DNA of 57,239 bases, counting the filler, from Jimgerdemannia flammicorona (Eukaryota), in the NCBI GenBank assembly GCA_003990765.1. It is 3 parts of 3 records of this genome, joined end to end, with 100 filler letters (N's around TTAATTAATTAA, not from the genome) between each part and the next. Parts side by side here need not be neighbours in the genome. Positions count along the whole stretch, not along the records: positions 19,120 to 38,133 come from RBNJ01002051.1; positions 38,234 to 57,239 come from RBNJ01002052.1; 1 more part is not named here. One strand, 5' to 3'. How positions within the stretch are numbered: position 1 is the first letter of the stretch; every line of letters begins with the position of its first letter. Below are positions 35,350-47,200 of this stretch, one piece after another. A program made the translations under genes and the position numbers. The notes under the pieces were generated by a model. That model did not search any database. It had not been told where the DNA came from and saw nothing but the letters and a program-made list of their open reading frames with translations.

Positions 35350-36828
35350 GAACCCAAGTACTACTATGAAGTTGACACCAGTGATATCAAGCCCATCTAC
35401 CAGAAAGCCAGACCCATACCACTTGTTTACAGAGAGTAGCTGCAAGCAAAACTCAAGGAAATAGAAGAAGCTAGAATCATCAAGCAAGCTATCAGCCCCT
35501 GGACTTCACCCATTGTCCTTGCCCTGAAGAAAGAAAGCAAGCCTGGAGAGTTTGTGCCAAGACTCTGCATTGACTACAGGAAGCTCAATGCCATCACCAA
35601 GAAGGATAGGCAGCCCTTGCCAAATATTCAAGAAATTCTTACCACTCTTGGAAGTGAAGCCAAATACTATACCACCTTGGATCTGTTCTTAGGCTTCCAT
35701 CAAATTGGTCTCACTTAAGATGCTAGTGAGAAATCAGCCTTCATCATATCTGATGCCACCTATATCTACCTGCAAATGCCATAATGCCTCAGTAAGTTTC
35801 CAGTGAATGATAAATAGAGTCTTCAGCAATGAGATTGGAAAATGGCTCTTTGTCTATATTGATGATGTGATCACCTTCGGCAACACTATATGAGAACATA
35901 TCAATCACATACAGCTAGCTCTCAAGAAGCTCAAGGAGTATGGCCTCTACATCAAGCCCAAGAAATACAAGTTTGCAGCTCAAGAAATTGCCTATCTAGG
36001 ACACCTCATCAACCAGACCAGAATCCACACAGACTCTATGAAGATCGAGGCTGTTGTAGCCTACTCAAGACCCAGAACAACCACAGAAGTCCATGCCTTC
36101 CTTGGACTGGCCAGCTACTATAGAAGATTCATCAAAGGATACTCTAACATTGCAGCACCTATCTACAAGCTACTGAAGAAGGAAATAAAATTTGAATGGA
36201 CCAAGGAGCACCAAGAAACCTTCAATGAACTCAAGACCAGGTTGACCCAAGCACCTATCCTCAGAAGACCAGACTGGAGCCTAGAATTCATCCTGTAAAC
36301 AGATGCAAGTGCAATAGGACTTGGAGCAGTTATAGCTCAGAAGAAAGATAGATATGAATATGTTATCTCCTATGCAAGCTGAGGTATCCATAGAGCAGAA
36401 CAGAACTACAAGTTATGCAAGCTTGAATACTTAACAGTAATTTGGGCAGTAGACAAGTTCCACTACTACCTAGCTAGGAAACACTTCACCATTCAAACAG
36501 ACCATTCCACCCTTGCCTGGCTATTCCACACTCTAAATCCCAAAGGAATATATACCAGATGGATCTACAGGCTGCAAGAGTATGACTGTACTGTCAAGTA
36601 CTACTCAGGAAAGACCAACACCAATGCTGATGCACTCTCAAGAACACCCCGAAACACCCCCATCAAGACTATTCAATATGAATAAGGAGCTATACTATGG
36701 ATTAATTAGCTACCTTGGGAAGCAGAAGATGCCCAACCACCTTGAACTCTGGACAATCACTATCATCAACCAGACTTGGAAACAGTTTGAATTAGACAAT
36801 ACTATACTCAAAAAAGGACGAAAGCTAG
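35350..36828 (+). pseudogene. Host RT, RNase H and first part of the integrase region
   Basis: EVDTSDIKPIYQK, SPWTSPIVL, RLCIDYRKLNAIT, FVYIDDV, AFLGLASYYRRFIKGYS, TDAS, TDH, NADALSR. Confidence 0.9.
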
Positions 36829-38106
36829 TGTGACAAGCCAAGACGTACCACCCGAATCATATTTTAACCAGATGACATGAACAAGATGATGTGAACACTC
36901 AGCTTAATAACCAGCAACTCTTGCTGTGGAAAACTGTATAAATAGCCAGACATACCAGAAGGGGTCTGTTTACCATACAGACTCTGTACACCTGCCATAA
37001 GTAGCAGATCTATAGTTAGCCACATAGTAACCAGATAGCAACCAACTTGTATAAATTACCCTAGAGGCGAGAGTGAATAAAACCTCAGTCCGAAAGTTGA
37101 ATACAAACCAAAGCAAAAGTCAATTGTCTGGTACACTTAGGAGAAACGCCTGCCAAAAGCCACTTGATCCAGGAAGGATTGCAACACTTAGGAGATATGC
37201 CTGCCAATGAGCCACTACTAAGAAGTTGTGAGCTTGGTTCTCTTCTTTTCCACTCCGGTCCACTTTCCGATATAAAGCTTGAAGATTTGCCACCAAGTTC
37301 AAGGAAGAACTTCACCGCCATTTCCCAGTTAGAAGCCTGCCGATTCAGGAAGAATCCGCACCATCCGAGTTAATTTCCAGTTAAGCCGCCATTTTCAAGA
37401 AGCCCACCAAATTCACATCGTCTGCCATTTTCGAGTTATCTGCATTCCCAGAAGAGCCCAATTCAGAAGAATCCGCGCCATCCGAGTTATCTGAGTTATC
37501 TGCGTCACCCGCCGTTTTCGAGTTATCCACCGTATTCCCAGTTGAAGCTGCCGATTCGGAAGAACTCGCGCCATTCGAGTAGTATTCCCAGTTGAAGCCG
37601 AACCCGCGATATCTGAGTTACTCATCATTCCCAGTGAGCCTGAGAAGAATCTGCCGCCTGTACTATTTCCAGTAATAAGAACCCGCACCATATATTCCCA
37701 GTGAGCCAAATCGAGTTATCCGCCAAATTATCAGAACATCCCGCATAAGGAATCATCACGCTACACAAAGATCGCTGCGCTACACGAAGATCGCCTGCCA
37801 CCCAAGAAGGAGAACCGTTAAATTGCCAGACCGTCACACACAAGGAGATTGTTGCGCTACACAGAAATTGTGTCATTCCCAGTTGACTCAAGAAGGAAGT
37901 CCATTCACACACAAATCGCTGCTATACCCAGAGAATCGTCCCAATAAGGAAATCGCCAGAATCGCTCGCAGATATCCAGCTTTTGACTATTATACTGCTA
38001 AACACCAAGAACATTTTGTTGCTTTTAACAAAGTAACTGGGGGCTCAAGCCAAACTACATCAACCCCCAACCTTGTAATTTGCCTCCATTGAGCCGGCAC
38101 GTTACA
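36829..38106 (+). mobile_element. 5' LTR (about 1.28 kb) of a third LTR element inserted in the host, followed by a tRNA-Pro-like PBS
   Basis: TGTGAC...GTTACA termini; TGGGGGCTCAACTGGGA at about 38109-38125 resembles the Pro PBS TGGGGGCTCGTCCGGGA; contig ends just after. Confidence 0.85.
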
Positions 38107-38133
38107 TTTGGGGGCTCAACTGGGAAGATTTCA

Positions 38134-38233
38134 NNNNNNNNNNNNNNNNNNNNNNNNNNNNNNNNNNNNNNNNNNNNTTAATTAATTAANNNNNNNNNNN
38201 NNNNNNNNNNNNNNNNNNNNNNNNNNNNNNNNN
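38134..38233. other. Artificial contig linker
   Basis: N44-TTAATTAATTAA-N44. Confidence 0.97.
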
Positions 38234-39367
38234 TTTTTTCCCATTAGAACTTAGTCTCTTCATTAACTATTCTACAACAAATACATAGTATTCATACTAT
38301 ATAATTGCCCCAACCCAGCCTACTCTCCTCTACTTTACTTTAATATATTCTCTTCTCTCTACTCTCTATTTCTTAAAAATAATCTAACTATTAACTATAG
38401 TGATCTACTTACTACTCTTCTCACTTATCTCTTCTACTAGACACTAATGAGATCACCCTGAGAGCTAGTGCTCCTAATGAGTATATTTAATCTGGATTGG
38501 ATTCAGATTGATTTGAATTGAATCCTATTCAGATCAACCATTGCTTTGATTTCCAAATGAGACAATTAAATGTTTACATCAATAATTTGATGAAAAATCA
38601 TCTGAATTTGATGATCTTGATATCATTTGAAAGCCTGTAATAAGGCCTATCTAATGTTACCACAATCATTGAAATCGGGTCATGCATTGCTGAGTTATGA
38701 AGAAAAATGTCTGAATTGCTGATTTTGGAAATTATTCAATTTGCTGATTTTGGAAATTTCATCAAATAAAACATTTCTCTTAATATCTCAGCAATGTGTA
38801 ATCCGATGTTAATGGTCTTGGTATCGTTAGAAAGGCCTTTTTAAGGGTATTCAAATGATACCAATATCATCAAATTTGGATAATTATTTATCGAGTTATT
38901 GATATAAATATTTAATTGTCTATTTTGGAAATCAAAACAATGGTTGATTTGAATCCCATCTAAATCCCATCCAGATTGACTCCTTTGGAGCACTACTGAG
39001 GGCTCTATCCCCTCTACTAGTCAGATATAATATTTACCATCAGTTTCTTCCACCTCATCACCTTTTTCTCTAAGGCTATCTATTTTTTATTGTCATATAT
39101 ATACAGTTAGTATTCAGTCAGCCCCACCTATACTACTAACACTTACCCAACAATGAGTTATTCATTATCAATACATCCTACTAACTACTTCTTTAAGTCA
39201 TCCCTTCTACTACTCTCCTCATTAATATCTGGTTAGCTCCTAACCCTCTCTCAGGAGTCACCAAATATCTTATACTCCCTTAGCCAATGTTTGAGTATTT
39301 GAATTATCTCTCTCTCCTACTCTATATTAAAATACTTCTCACACTCAAAGCTTCTATATTCTATCAA
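38234..39367 (-). mobile_element. Heavily mutated 3' end of a LINE related to the + strand LINEs, interrupted by the MITE and the LTR
   Basis: Reverse complement of 39100-39367 resembles the LINE C-terminal region (tttgagtgtgagaagtattttaat vs tttgattgtgaggagtgttacaat; ctcattgttgggtaagtgttagtagt vs ctcactgtagggtgggtgttagcagt). Confidence 0.55.
38466..38995. mobile_element. Foldback MITE, hAT-like, 530 bp, 8-bp TSD
   Basis: TAGTGCTCC...GGAGCACTA termini; arms complementary over about 240 bp; flanks CTGAGAGC (38458-38465) and CTGAGGGC (38996-39003). Confidence 0.88.
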
Positions 39368-41279
39368 TTTAAGCACACAATCTCTAAGCTACCGAAATTG
39401 TATATCACCCAAAGAACAAATCTGGAAATCTTATATAAGATTATAAAACTAAGTTAAATTGAAGTTATAGATCATAAAGCTGAGTCAACTTGAAGTCATG
39501 GAATACAAGATACATGAAAATAGAATCTTATTAATATAGAGTGAAAGTATATATATTAGACATATAGCAGATTAAAGAAATTATAACAAATTAAAATTAT
39601 AACTACAACTCTCAAACATATATTCAGATATGATCACTGAAGTCTATAATTACATCTATGCTAACATTTGGAATATCATTATCAATCAAGTCATAGTATA
39701 CTTTTTTCTTATAAATATCCATATCTTAGCACTTCTATTTCATAGAAGTATAATGAAATACTCTGAATATACTTGGTAAGACCTATTGAATTAAATGAAT
39801 TTCAAGCTACTATCAGATCAGCTATCTTTTGGTAGACATAGTTAACTACTATATTACAGACATCACCAAAATGTCTCAATACCAGAAGCTTATCATTTGC
39901 AAATACTGAGAACTCTTTAACAAGTAGAGTGACTTTATTTCTCACCTCTGACTTACTATTAATATAATGGTTACTATACTGATCTGTGTCCAAATTAATA
40001 ATATATTATAAGAACTTAATTATAAATATATCAAGTATACCCATACTACTAATAGACTCTTTCTACATCCAGATGACTATATCCTACAAATGTCTTAAGT
40101 GGGATATACTATGTAGAATATCTATAATATATAATTCTGTTCAACAATAATGAAATAGAAGTCAATAATCTCTCTAGCATAGAAATGACCTCTAGATAAG
40201 AATCTCTGACATCCTGATTACTCTAACAATATTATTAATAAACTTATGATAGTTCATAACCATCTACAAGATCTATTAGAATAATGACCACTGGTATAAA
40301 TACCTGTATTTATATTCAACTACTTTAACTATAATGAAAATAAAAGAGAATTCAACCTATACATCCAAACAACTCTTGAGATAGAATAAATGACCCTACC
40401 TCCTGAGTATAAGTACTATAACTAACTAAAGGTATGTGAATAGTAAATCTGATTGAAATATTCTATTAATACTATATCTAGCTTAAGAAACTAATAATAC
40501 TATCTTGTAGAATAACAACTTTATTCTAATATACTACTATATAAATAAATAGAGAGATATAATCCAAGAACCACTCTTTTTAGATGACTACTTTATTAGA
40601 GATGATATTATCAATAGTATTCTTATCAAAATGTATTCAGATAGTATCTAAACTATAATAGTTTAGAAGTCATTAGTATAGTTAGATTAGTCTTATACTA
40701 TATAACTGTATACTGCCTCAGTAATTAGTTGATCTCTTGACATATCAGTTCACACTTATACTATATAACTGTATTCAGATTTATCAAGTACTAATGTACT
40801 ATATCTATATTTAGCTTAGTCCAGATAGTTTCTCATTAGTATAAAGACTCCCTCTTCTAGAACCCAGAAGTTTAGTAAAAAATATAGTTAAGAATACTTA
40901 TTTATCTAAATATCTCTTTATCCAACTACTTTTAGTATTAGTTAATAGTATTATTATAAATAGTAAATAAACTTATTTAATAAATCCTCAATCACTCTTA
41001 AGTAACTTTGTACTTTATTAGGTCCCACTTCTAACTAAATCCAAAAAATTTCTAATTGGATATTCTCTTTAATAATTTACTGATGCAACTAAGCTGGTCT
41101 TATTTCTTAATCTTTCTGAAATAAGGAAAATTCTGAATATCCAGAATAAGTCCAAAAAGAACTATAATTGAGATATCAATCTAATCTTAAAATCAATGAA
41201 ACAGTCTTTCAGAATATCCAGAAATTCCTAAAAATCTTCTAAGAACTAAGTAAAGATACTATAATAAAGTATTCTTATA
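39368..41279 (+). mobile_element. Hypermutated AT-rich copy (probable solo LTR) of the nested element's LTR family
   Basis: Collinear with the reverse complement of 33282-35344 from taagcacacaatct to aagaact...tcttata, including LTR-ORF remnants (tcaagctactatcagatcagc, ttagatgactactttattagagatgat). Confidence 0.88.
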
Positions 41280-41739
41280 TAGTAAGTAAAAAGTTATTTT
41301 ATACTATTTCACAATAGTATAGTAGTTTTCTCTCATATTACTCTTATAAACTTTAAATAAAAGAGAAGAAAATGTTTATCAAATAGTTCTATAGAGTAGA
41401 TAAATCACATTTGCTACCATTTTATAGATATAACTAAACAAAATAATCCAATATTTAAAAAAATTCATAATGGTAAATTTGTAATTCTACATGAGCCACT
41501 GGCTTCTGGTAAATCTTTACAAGTACTAAATACTAAAAAATAACTTACAAAAAGAGCTTTATTTATATTTAGTAATAATGATATAATATTTTTAATTTAT
41601 AAAGTATAAATGAAAGCTACTAAAATATAATTCAATAAATGGCTATATTTATTTATTTAGTATATTTCTTGAATAAATCAATTTTATAATCAGTGCAGAT
41701 GACTTTTAAAAATTACTTAGTATGACCTTTCAATATAAT

Positions 41740-44224
41740 GCTCTTCAGAATACCTTTCACCAGTAATATTCAGGTAACACAAGACTCAGACAACACTTTC
41801 TGCAATATTTTTGATAAAAGGAAACTATTAATATAGATAGATATGACTGTACTGGTGAGTGGATTGACCAGGGGGGCAGCAGTGCCTTTGACTAGCAGTA
41901 TGTTGGGAGGAGATGGGGAGATGGTTTGGAGAAGCCACAGCCTTCTATGGTTGGTAGTAGTATTGATGGTAGAGAGAGGAGCAGAGTGAGACAATAAGGA
42001 GGGAGAAGGATGACCTTTGCTGACAAGGTCAAGATAGCGAGAATGGCATCTGGTCTGAATAGATGGTTGGGACTGGGGAAGACATTGACAGCTATAGTTG
42101 GGAGACAGAGAGGGGCCCCCATGGGAGGGTCAGGCAGTAGGGAGGGAGAGCGAGTAGGGGTTGGAGATGTGACTGCTGATGGAGCTATGATGGGGGATCT
42201 GGAAAAAAATCCAGATGTGATAGTTGTTGACAGATCAGGATAGGGGGAGGGCATGAGGCCTGGGGACCTGACAGATGATATGACTGGTATGATGTCAGCA
42301 CCATTACTCGAAAAGTCGAGGTTAGTATTCACCATCACATTGTACTTCTGAGGCTTGGTGGTGACTGCAAGAATGATCTTGGGGCAGGTGGCACAGGGGG
42401 TGAAGGGGGTGGCTTTGATGAAATTCTTGAAGGGGAAAAAGGGGTCAAGGTTGGATTTGAGAAAGAGGCATCATTGTTGGAGGCCATAGAGAAGAGGGTA
42501 GTGGTAGACATGTAGTGGTTCCTATGGCCAGGTATATATGCTGGGACCCCCAAGTGGTATAGTTGACAGTGTTGGATCTTCCTATAGTATTGAGGGAGAG
42601 GGCCAGGGAGCTGATTGTGGAGGTGATCAAGGAGTATGGAGAGATTGTGGACATTGGGTTCAGAGTCTGTGAGGGTACTGAACTCTGGATAGGAGACATC
42701 AACATCAGGGTGAGGCTGGCTAGAAGAGAGAATATGGGGAAGACAAGGGACTGACCTGAAACTCTTAAGTAGGGACAAGTTGAGTGTAAGGTCTCATGGG
42801 TGAAAGAGATGCCAGAGGAAGAGGAGGACTTGCTAAAGGCTCTTGAGGATGTGGCAGAAGCAGTTGAGAGGAGAAGACTGGCTTGGAAGGAGTATGAAGC
42901 CAAGATGGTAGTGGAGATTGTAGATGGAAAGAGGATTAGGATGGACAAGGTGGCCTGGGAGAAGGTGCAGGAGAGGCGAATCCAGAAGGAGTTGTTAGGA
43001 AGCTGGAAGGGGGTGTAGCAGATAGTGGGGCAAGAGAAGATAGTACTGGACTGAGGTAGAGCACCTGGGCTGGGGAGTACAGGATGGCTCAGGATGTGGC
43101 CCAGGGTGGGTTGAGTGAGGAGGGCCTGGGCAGCATAGTGGAGGATGTAGAAATGGGAGAGAAAGTATACCCTCAGTATAGTGTCTCAGGTGGGGCAGAG
43201 GGGGAGGAGGAACTACTGGATGTACTGAAGGAGGAGTGGGATGAGTTGGAGAGGAGGAGTGCTTTGATGGACCCTGTGGTGGGGTTCAAAGGGGTTTCTC
43301 AGGGTGTTGCCAAGGTGGTGGATGAAGAGAAGTAGCTGTGGAAGACTCTGGAGGGGGTGGCAGCTGAGGAGCTGGGGGGAGAGGACTTCCAGGTACTAAG
43401 CAATAGGTATTCATAGAAGTTTTTATGTAGTGAGGAGATGCTGAGAAAGATTAGGAATGAGATTTTGGCAGTCCTCTAAGAGTCAGTGGAATATCAAGTT
43501 GATGATCAGAGAGAGGAGGCCCTCTGAGGGATGGAAAATGACTGGGCAGAGTACTTGTGGGGTTCAAGGAAGGGGTTAGGGAAGTGGAGAGTGGTATGTA
43601 CAGATTATCAGACAGAAATGGAGGTTGTGGATGGGGTGGAGTGTCAGGAAATCCTGTAAGCACTAGATGCTCAGACTGTAGTAGAGGATGAGTTGGAGGC
43701 AGAGTGGTGCTTGGAACTGGCTGGCAATGAGATGAGTATAGAATATTAGTTTAGGCTCTCACTGTCAAACATTATTAAATATGAACAGTACAACTAGAAT
43801 CTTTTCTTTAAATGTAAATGGATTGAGGAGAGCAGCACAGTGAAGGAATATCTTTGGCTGGCTGAGGGGACTGAATGTGGATCTCTTTTTACTGCAGAAT
43901 GTACAGTATAAGGTAGATATGGACTTACAGGACTGGACTAGAGACTGGGGTTTGGACTGAGTGGGTGGGCATTCTGGTTCAAAAGGGGATGGGGGACATT
44001 GGGGATATTGGAAATTGGGGGAGTAAGTTGGTGTGAGGAGTATAGAAGAGGCCTGGGTGGAACCCTTTGACTGTTGGGTCATGTTATTGTCCAGCTGAGA
44101 GGTAGGAATGTGTAGATTATATCAGAGACTTGAAAGAGGCTGGTGTTATCAGTGAGGTAGGGATTGATTGCCTGGGGGGTGATTTCAACATGGTGTATGA
44201 TAATGAGATGGAAAGGACTGATGG
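41740..44224 (+). mobile_element. LINE copy A (L1/Tx1-like): 5' UTR, ORF1 and start of the APE domain; interrupted by copy B
   Basis: ORF1 with an RRM-like block (EYGEIVDIGFRVCEGTELWIGD); ORF2 at 43781 MNSTTRIFSLNVNGL, LLQNV, GGDFN. Confidence 0.8.
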
Positions 44225-47200
44225 CCAACACCTGAAAAGCCACCTTTCTCCTGTACAATTCACATTACACCAATCTCAAGCAATGGTTTTCGACACAACT
44301 TGGAGAAAAGGTATTATAAAAATGTTGTCGAGCAAGTGTTCTGATGAGCATGCTGGGTCTGGTGGACCTGGGGCTTTTGGCTGGCAGAATGTCAGGAGGG
44401 GTTATGGCCTGGGGATGGGGGCCTTTGGAGGGTTGAAGGGTGGCGAGGGCTCTGGAGGTTGACCAGTATCTGGTTGCAATGGGAGGAGGCTGAGCCCCTC
44501 AAGTTTTGTGGATAAGGTGATGGAGAGTGGGTGGCCAGCTGGATCTAGGGCTGGTGCTGCTGTGGGAAAAGGCAAGGAGAGCCTAGGGAGGGGGGGAGGT
44601 ACTCAGGTAGAAGATGTGAGCATAGGTGCTGGAGGGGCTGTGGCTGGGGGTGGGACTGCTGATGGCAGTGTGACAGGTGATCAGGAAAAAAGAAGAGATG
44701 TGATGGTTGATGGAGGTGTGGGGCAGGGGTTCCCGATGCAGAAGAGGGATCTGGCCAATAGTGTAATGGGACTGGTGGTGGCACCATTACTCAGGAAATT
44801 GATCTTGAAGTTTGTGGTGACACTGTACTTCTGAGGCTTGGCAGTGATAGTGAGGATGGTCTTGGGGCTTATCTTGAAGCAGGTGGCTGGGGATGCCTCA
44901 GTGAAGTTCCTGAACAGCCTGGAGGGAGTCGAGGTGGGCTTTGAGGAGGTGGGCCTACTGGGAGAGGCTCTGTAGAATAGAGTGGCAGTTGGGAAGGTAG
45001 TGGTCCCCATGATGTGTTGCCTGAGGTGGGACCCCAGGGTGGTACAGCTGTCAGTGAAGGGGGTGCCTACAGTGATGAAGAAGGAGACTAGGAGAAAGGT
45101 GGAGGCAGTAATGGCAGAGTATGGTGATGTGGTAGATGTCAGTTTCCAGGTGTGGGAGGGGACATCCATTAGGACTGGTGACATGGATGTGAGGATTAGA
45201 CTGGCAGGAAGAGGGGCCACAGAGAAGATGAGTGACTGGCCCTTGGTGTTGATGTGGGGGGTTTTTGTCTGTAAGGTGTCAAGGGTGAGAGGGAATGAAG
45301 AGGAGGAAGAGGACTTGTTGGAGGCTCTGAAGGAGTTGAGTGGGGCTGTTGAGAGAAGGGCAAAGGTCTGGAAATTGTATGAGGAGTTAATGCATCTGAA
45401 GATTATTGATGGAAGGCAGATTTGAACTAACAAGAAGCAGTGGGAGTGGGCCCAGGGATGTATGAGGCAGAGAGAGCTATTGGAAAGTATGAGAGGTGAG
45501 GTTAAGAAGAAAGTGGATAGAACTGAGGAGTCTGGAGGCATCAAAGCTAGTGTCTGGGCTAGTAAAGGAGGAAGGGAGGTGGAGGCAAACAAGAAAGGGG
45601 CTGGGAAGGTGCTGAACAAGGACCCCTATGCAGATGGCACATTCAAGGTCTGGGAGCAGGAGTTGGATGCCACCCCCCCCCCTCTTATCAGGAGGGGACC
45701 AGTGGTGAAGAGAGGGGCAGCGGAAGATGTGCTGATGCAAGGGGCCCCGTGAGTATACTTTGGGGTCCCCAATGTGGCAAAAGGGGGCCAGGTAGTGGTG
45801 GTTGGCAAGGATGAGTGGGTGGATGTCCCAGAGGAGGAGTGGGATGAGGCTGCCAGTGTTGGAGCTGATACCATGATGTTGGATGAAGGGCAGCCAGGGA
45901 CTCTGGGAGGGAAGGAGGTGGGGAACCTGCTGTGGATGAGCAAGGTGATGGATAACCTCACGGCTGAGGTATTGGGAGAAGTGGACCTTCGTGTAATGCC
46001 TGAGGAGCATTGGGTGTGGATTCTGCATGGAGATGGAGTGGTGGAGGTGCTGAAGGTGGAGATACTTGCAATCTTCCTGGAGGAGAAGGGATATGAGGTT
46101 GATGAGGTGAGGAAGGCAGAGCTGGTGGTTGTTACTGGTGAGCAGGCAGCCTACTGTTGGGCAGAGCATCATAGTTTGCAGCTCTGGCAGAAGGTCTGTC
46201 TGGAGTATCATGAGGACTTTGAGGAGAGAGAAGATGGGGCAATAGTGGAACTTCTGGGAGGGTTGGAGGCATAGAAAGCTGGAGAAAGGGAACTAGCTGC
46301 TGAACATGACTTGGACTTGGTGCAGGAGAAGCTGAATGCAGACTTGTAGAGGATGAGATTACTATATAACATTATTTCTTATGAATAGTACAACCAATAT
46401 TTTCTCTTTGAATGTGAATGGGTTAAGGGGATCTGGGTGGTATAAGAACATTTTTACTTGACTCAAGGGATTGGAGGCTGATCTCTTTTTACTACAGGAT
46501 GTATGGTGTGAGGATAAGGATGATCAGGTGGAGTGGACTAGGGAATGGTGGGGCTACTGCTTGGTTTGGAAAAGTGGCAATTCTGGTAAGGAAGGGTAGA
46601 GGAGACTTGGGGGGAATCAGGAGCTGGGGTGATCGCTTGGTCTTGGGAGATTGGCATTGGCCAGGGTGGGAGTTGGTGAGGGTTGGCTCTTGCTACTGCC
46701 CAGTAGTTAGGAGTGAGAGAACTGCATAGATTAAGGAGCTGCTGGGGGAGAGTATTCCCTTGGAGGAAGGGGTCAATGTTCTAGGTGGGAACTTTAATAT
46801 GGTTCAGGATCAGCATCTAGACAGAACTGATGGAGGGAGGAATATAGGGGGGAGAAGTGGAGGTCTGGATGTATGGGAGGAGGTGGAGAATTTGAGATCC
46901 TTAGGGGATATGGGCAGAACATGGTGGGGCAACACCAGGGTCTACACACATTAGGTGAATGGCTTGGGTATGAGAATTGACTGGATTCTGACTGCTGAGT
47001 GTTGGGGTTCAGATGTTTGGAAGACATTGGAGGTGGAGTGGTGCCCATGGTCTGATCACTGGGGACTGTTGGGGCAGGGGCAGTTTGGGGGGAGTAGAGA
47101 TGGACCTGGACATTAGTGCCTTAACTCCTCTCTGCTGGCTGAGAAGGAGTTGTGGGACTCGTGGGTGGAGGACATTCAGGCTAAGGTTATTATCTGGAGG

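Larger units (their letters stand above)
19120..36828 (+). mobile_element. Host Ty3/Gypsy LTR retrotransposon (LTR-gag-CCHC-PR-dUTPase-RT-RH-IN start), decayed, interrupted at 24709 and 36828
   Basis: LTR ends ...TGTGACA at 21905 followed by a PBS; ICFRCGEEGHYVKSC; IIDTSAGG...ILIGNQWL; dUTPase; the reading frame resumes after the nested element with RT (RLCIDYRKLN, YIDD) and RNase H (TDASAIGLGAV, TDH, NADALSR). Confidence 0.9.

Noticed and set aside
39363..39367. ATCAA before the hypermutated LTR, identical to the nested element's TSD
   Set aside because: Not repeated at the other end and in a different relative orientation; insufficient to claim target specificity.
44225..44356. Possible type II hammerhead ribozyme at the 5' end of LINE B (GAAA 44234, UUC 44291, CUGAUGA 44341)
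   Set aside because: Stem II pairs poorly, stem III needs a bulge, the CUGAUGA lies in ORF1 coding sequence, and the homologous site in copy A is CTGGTGA; probably chance.
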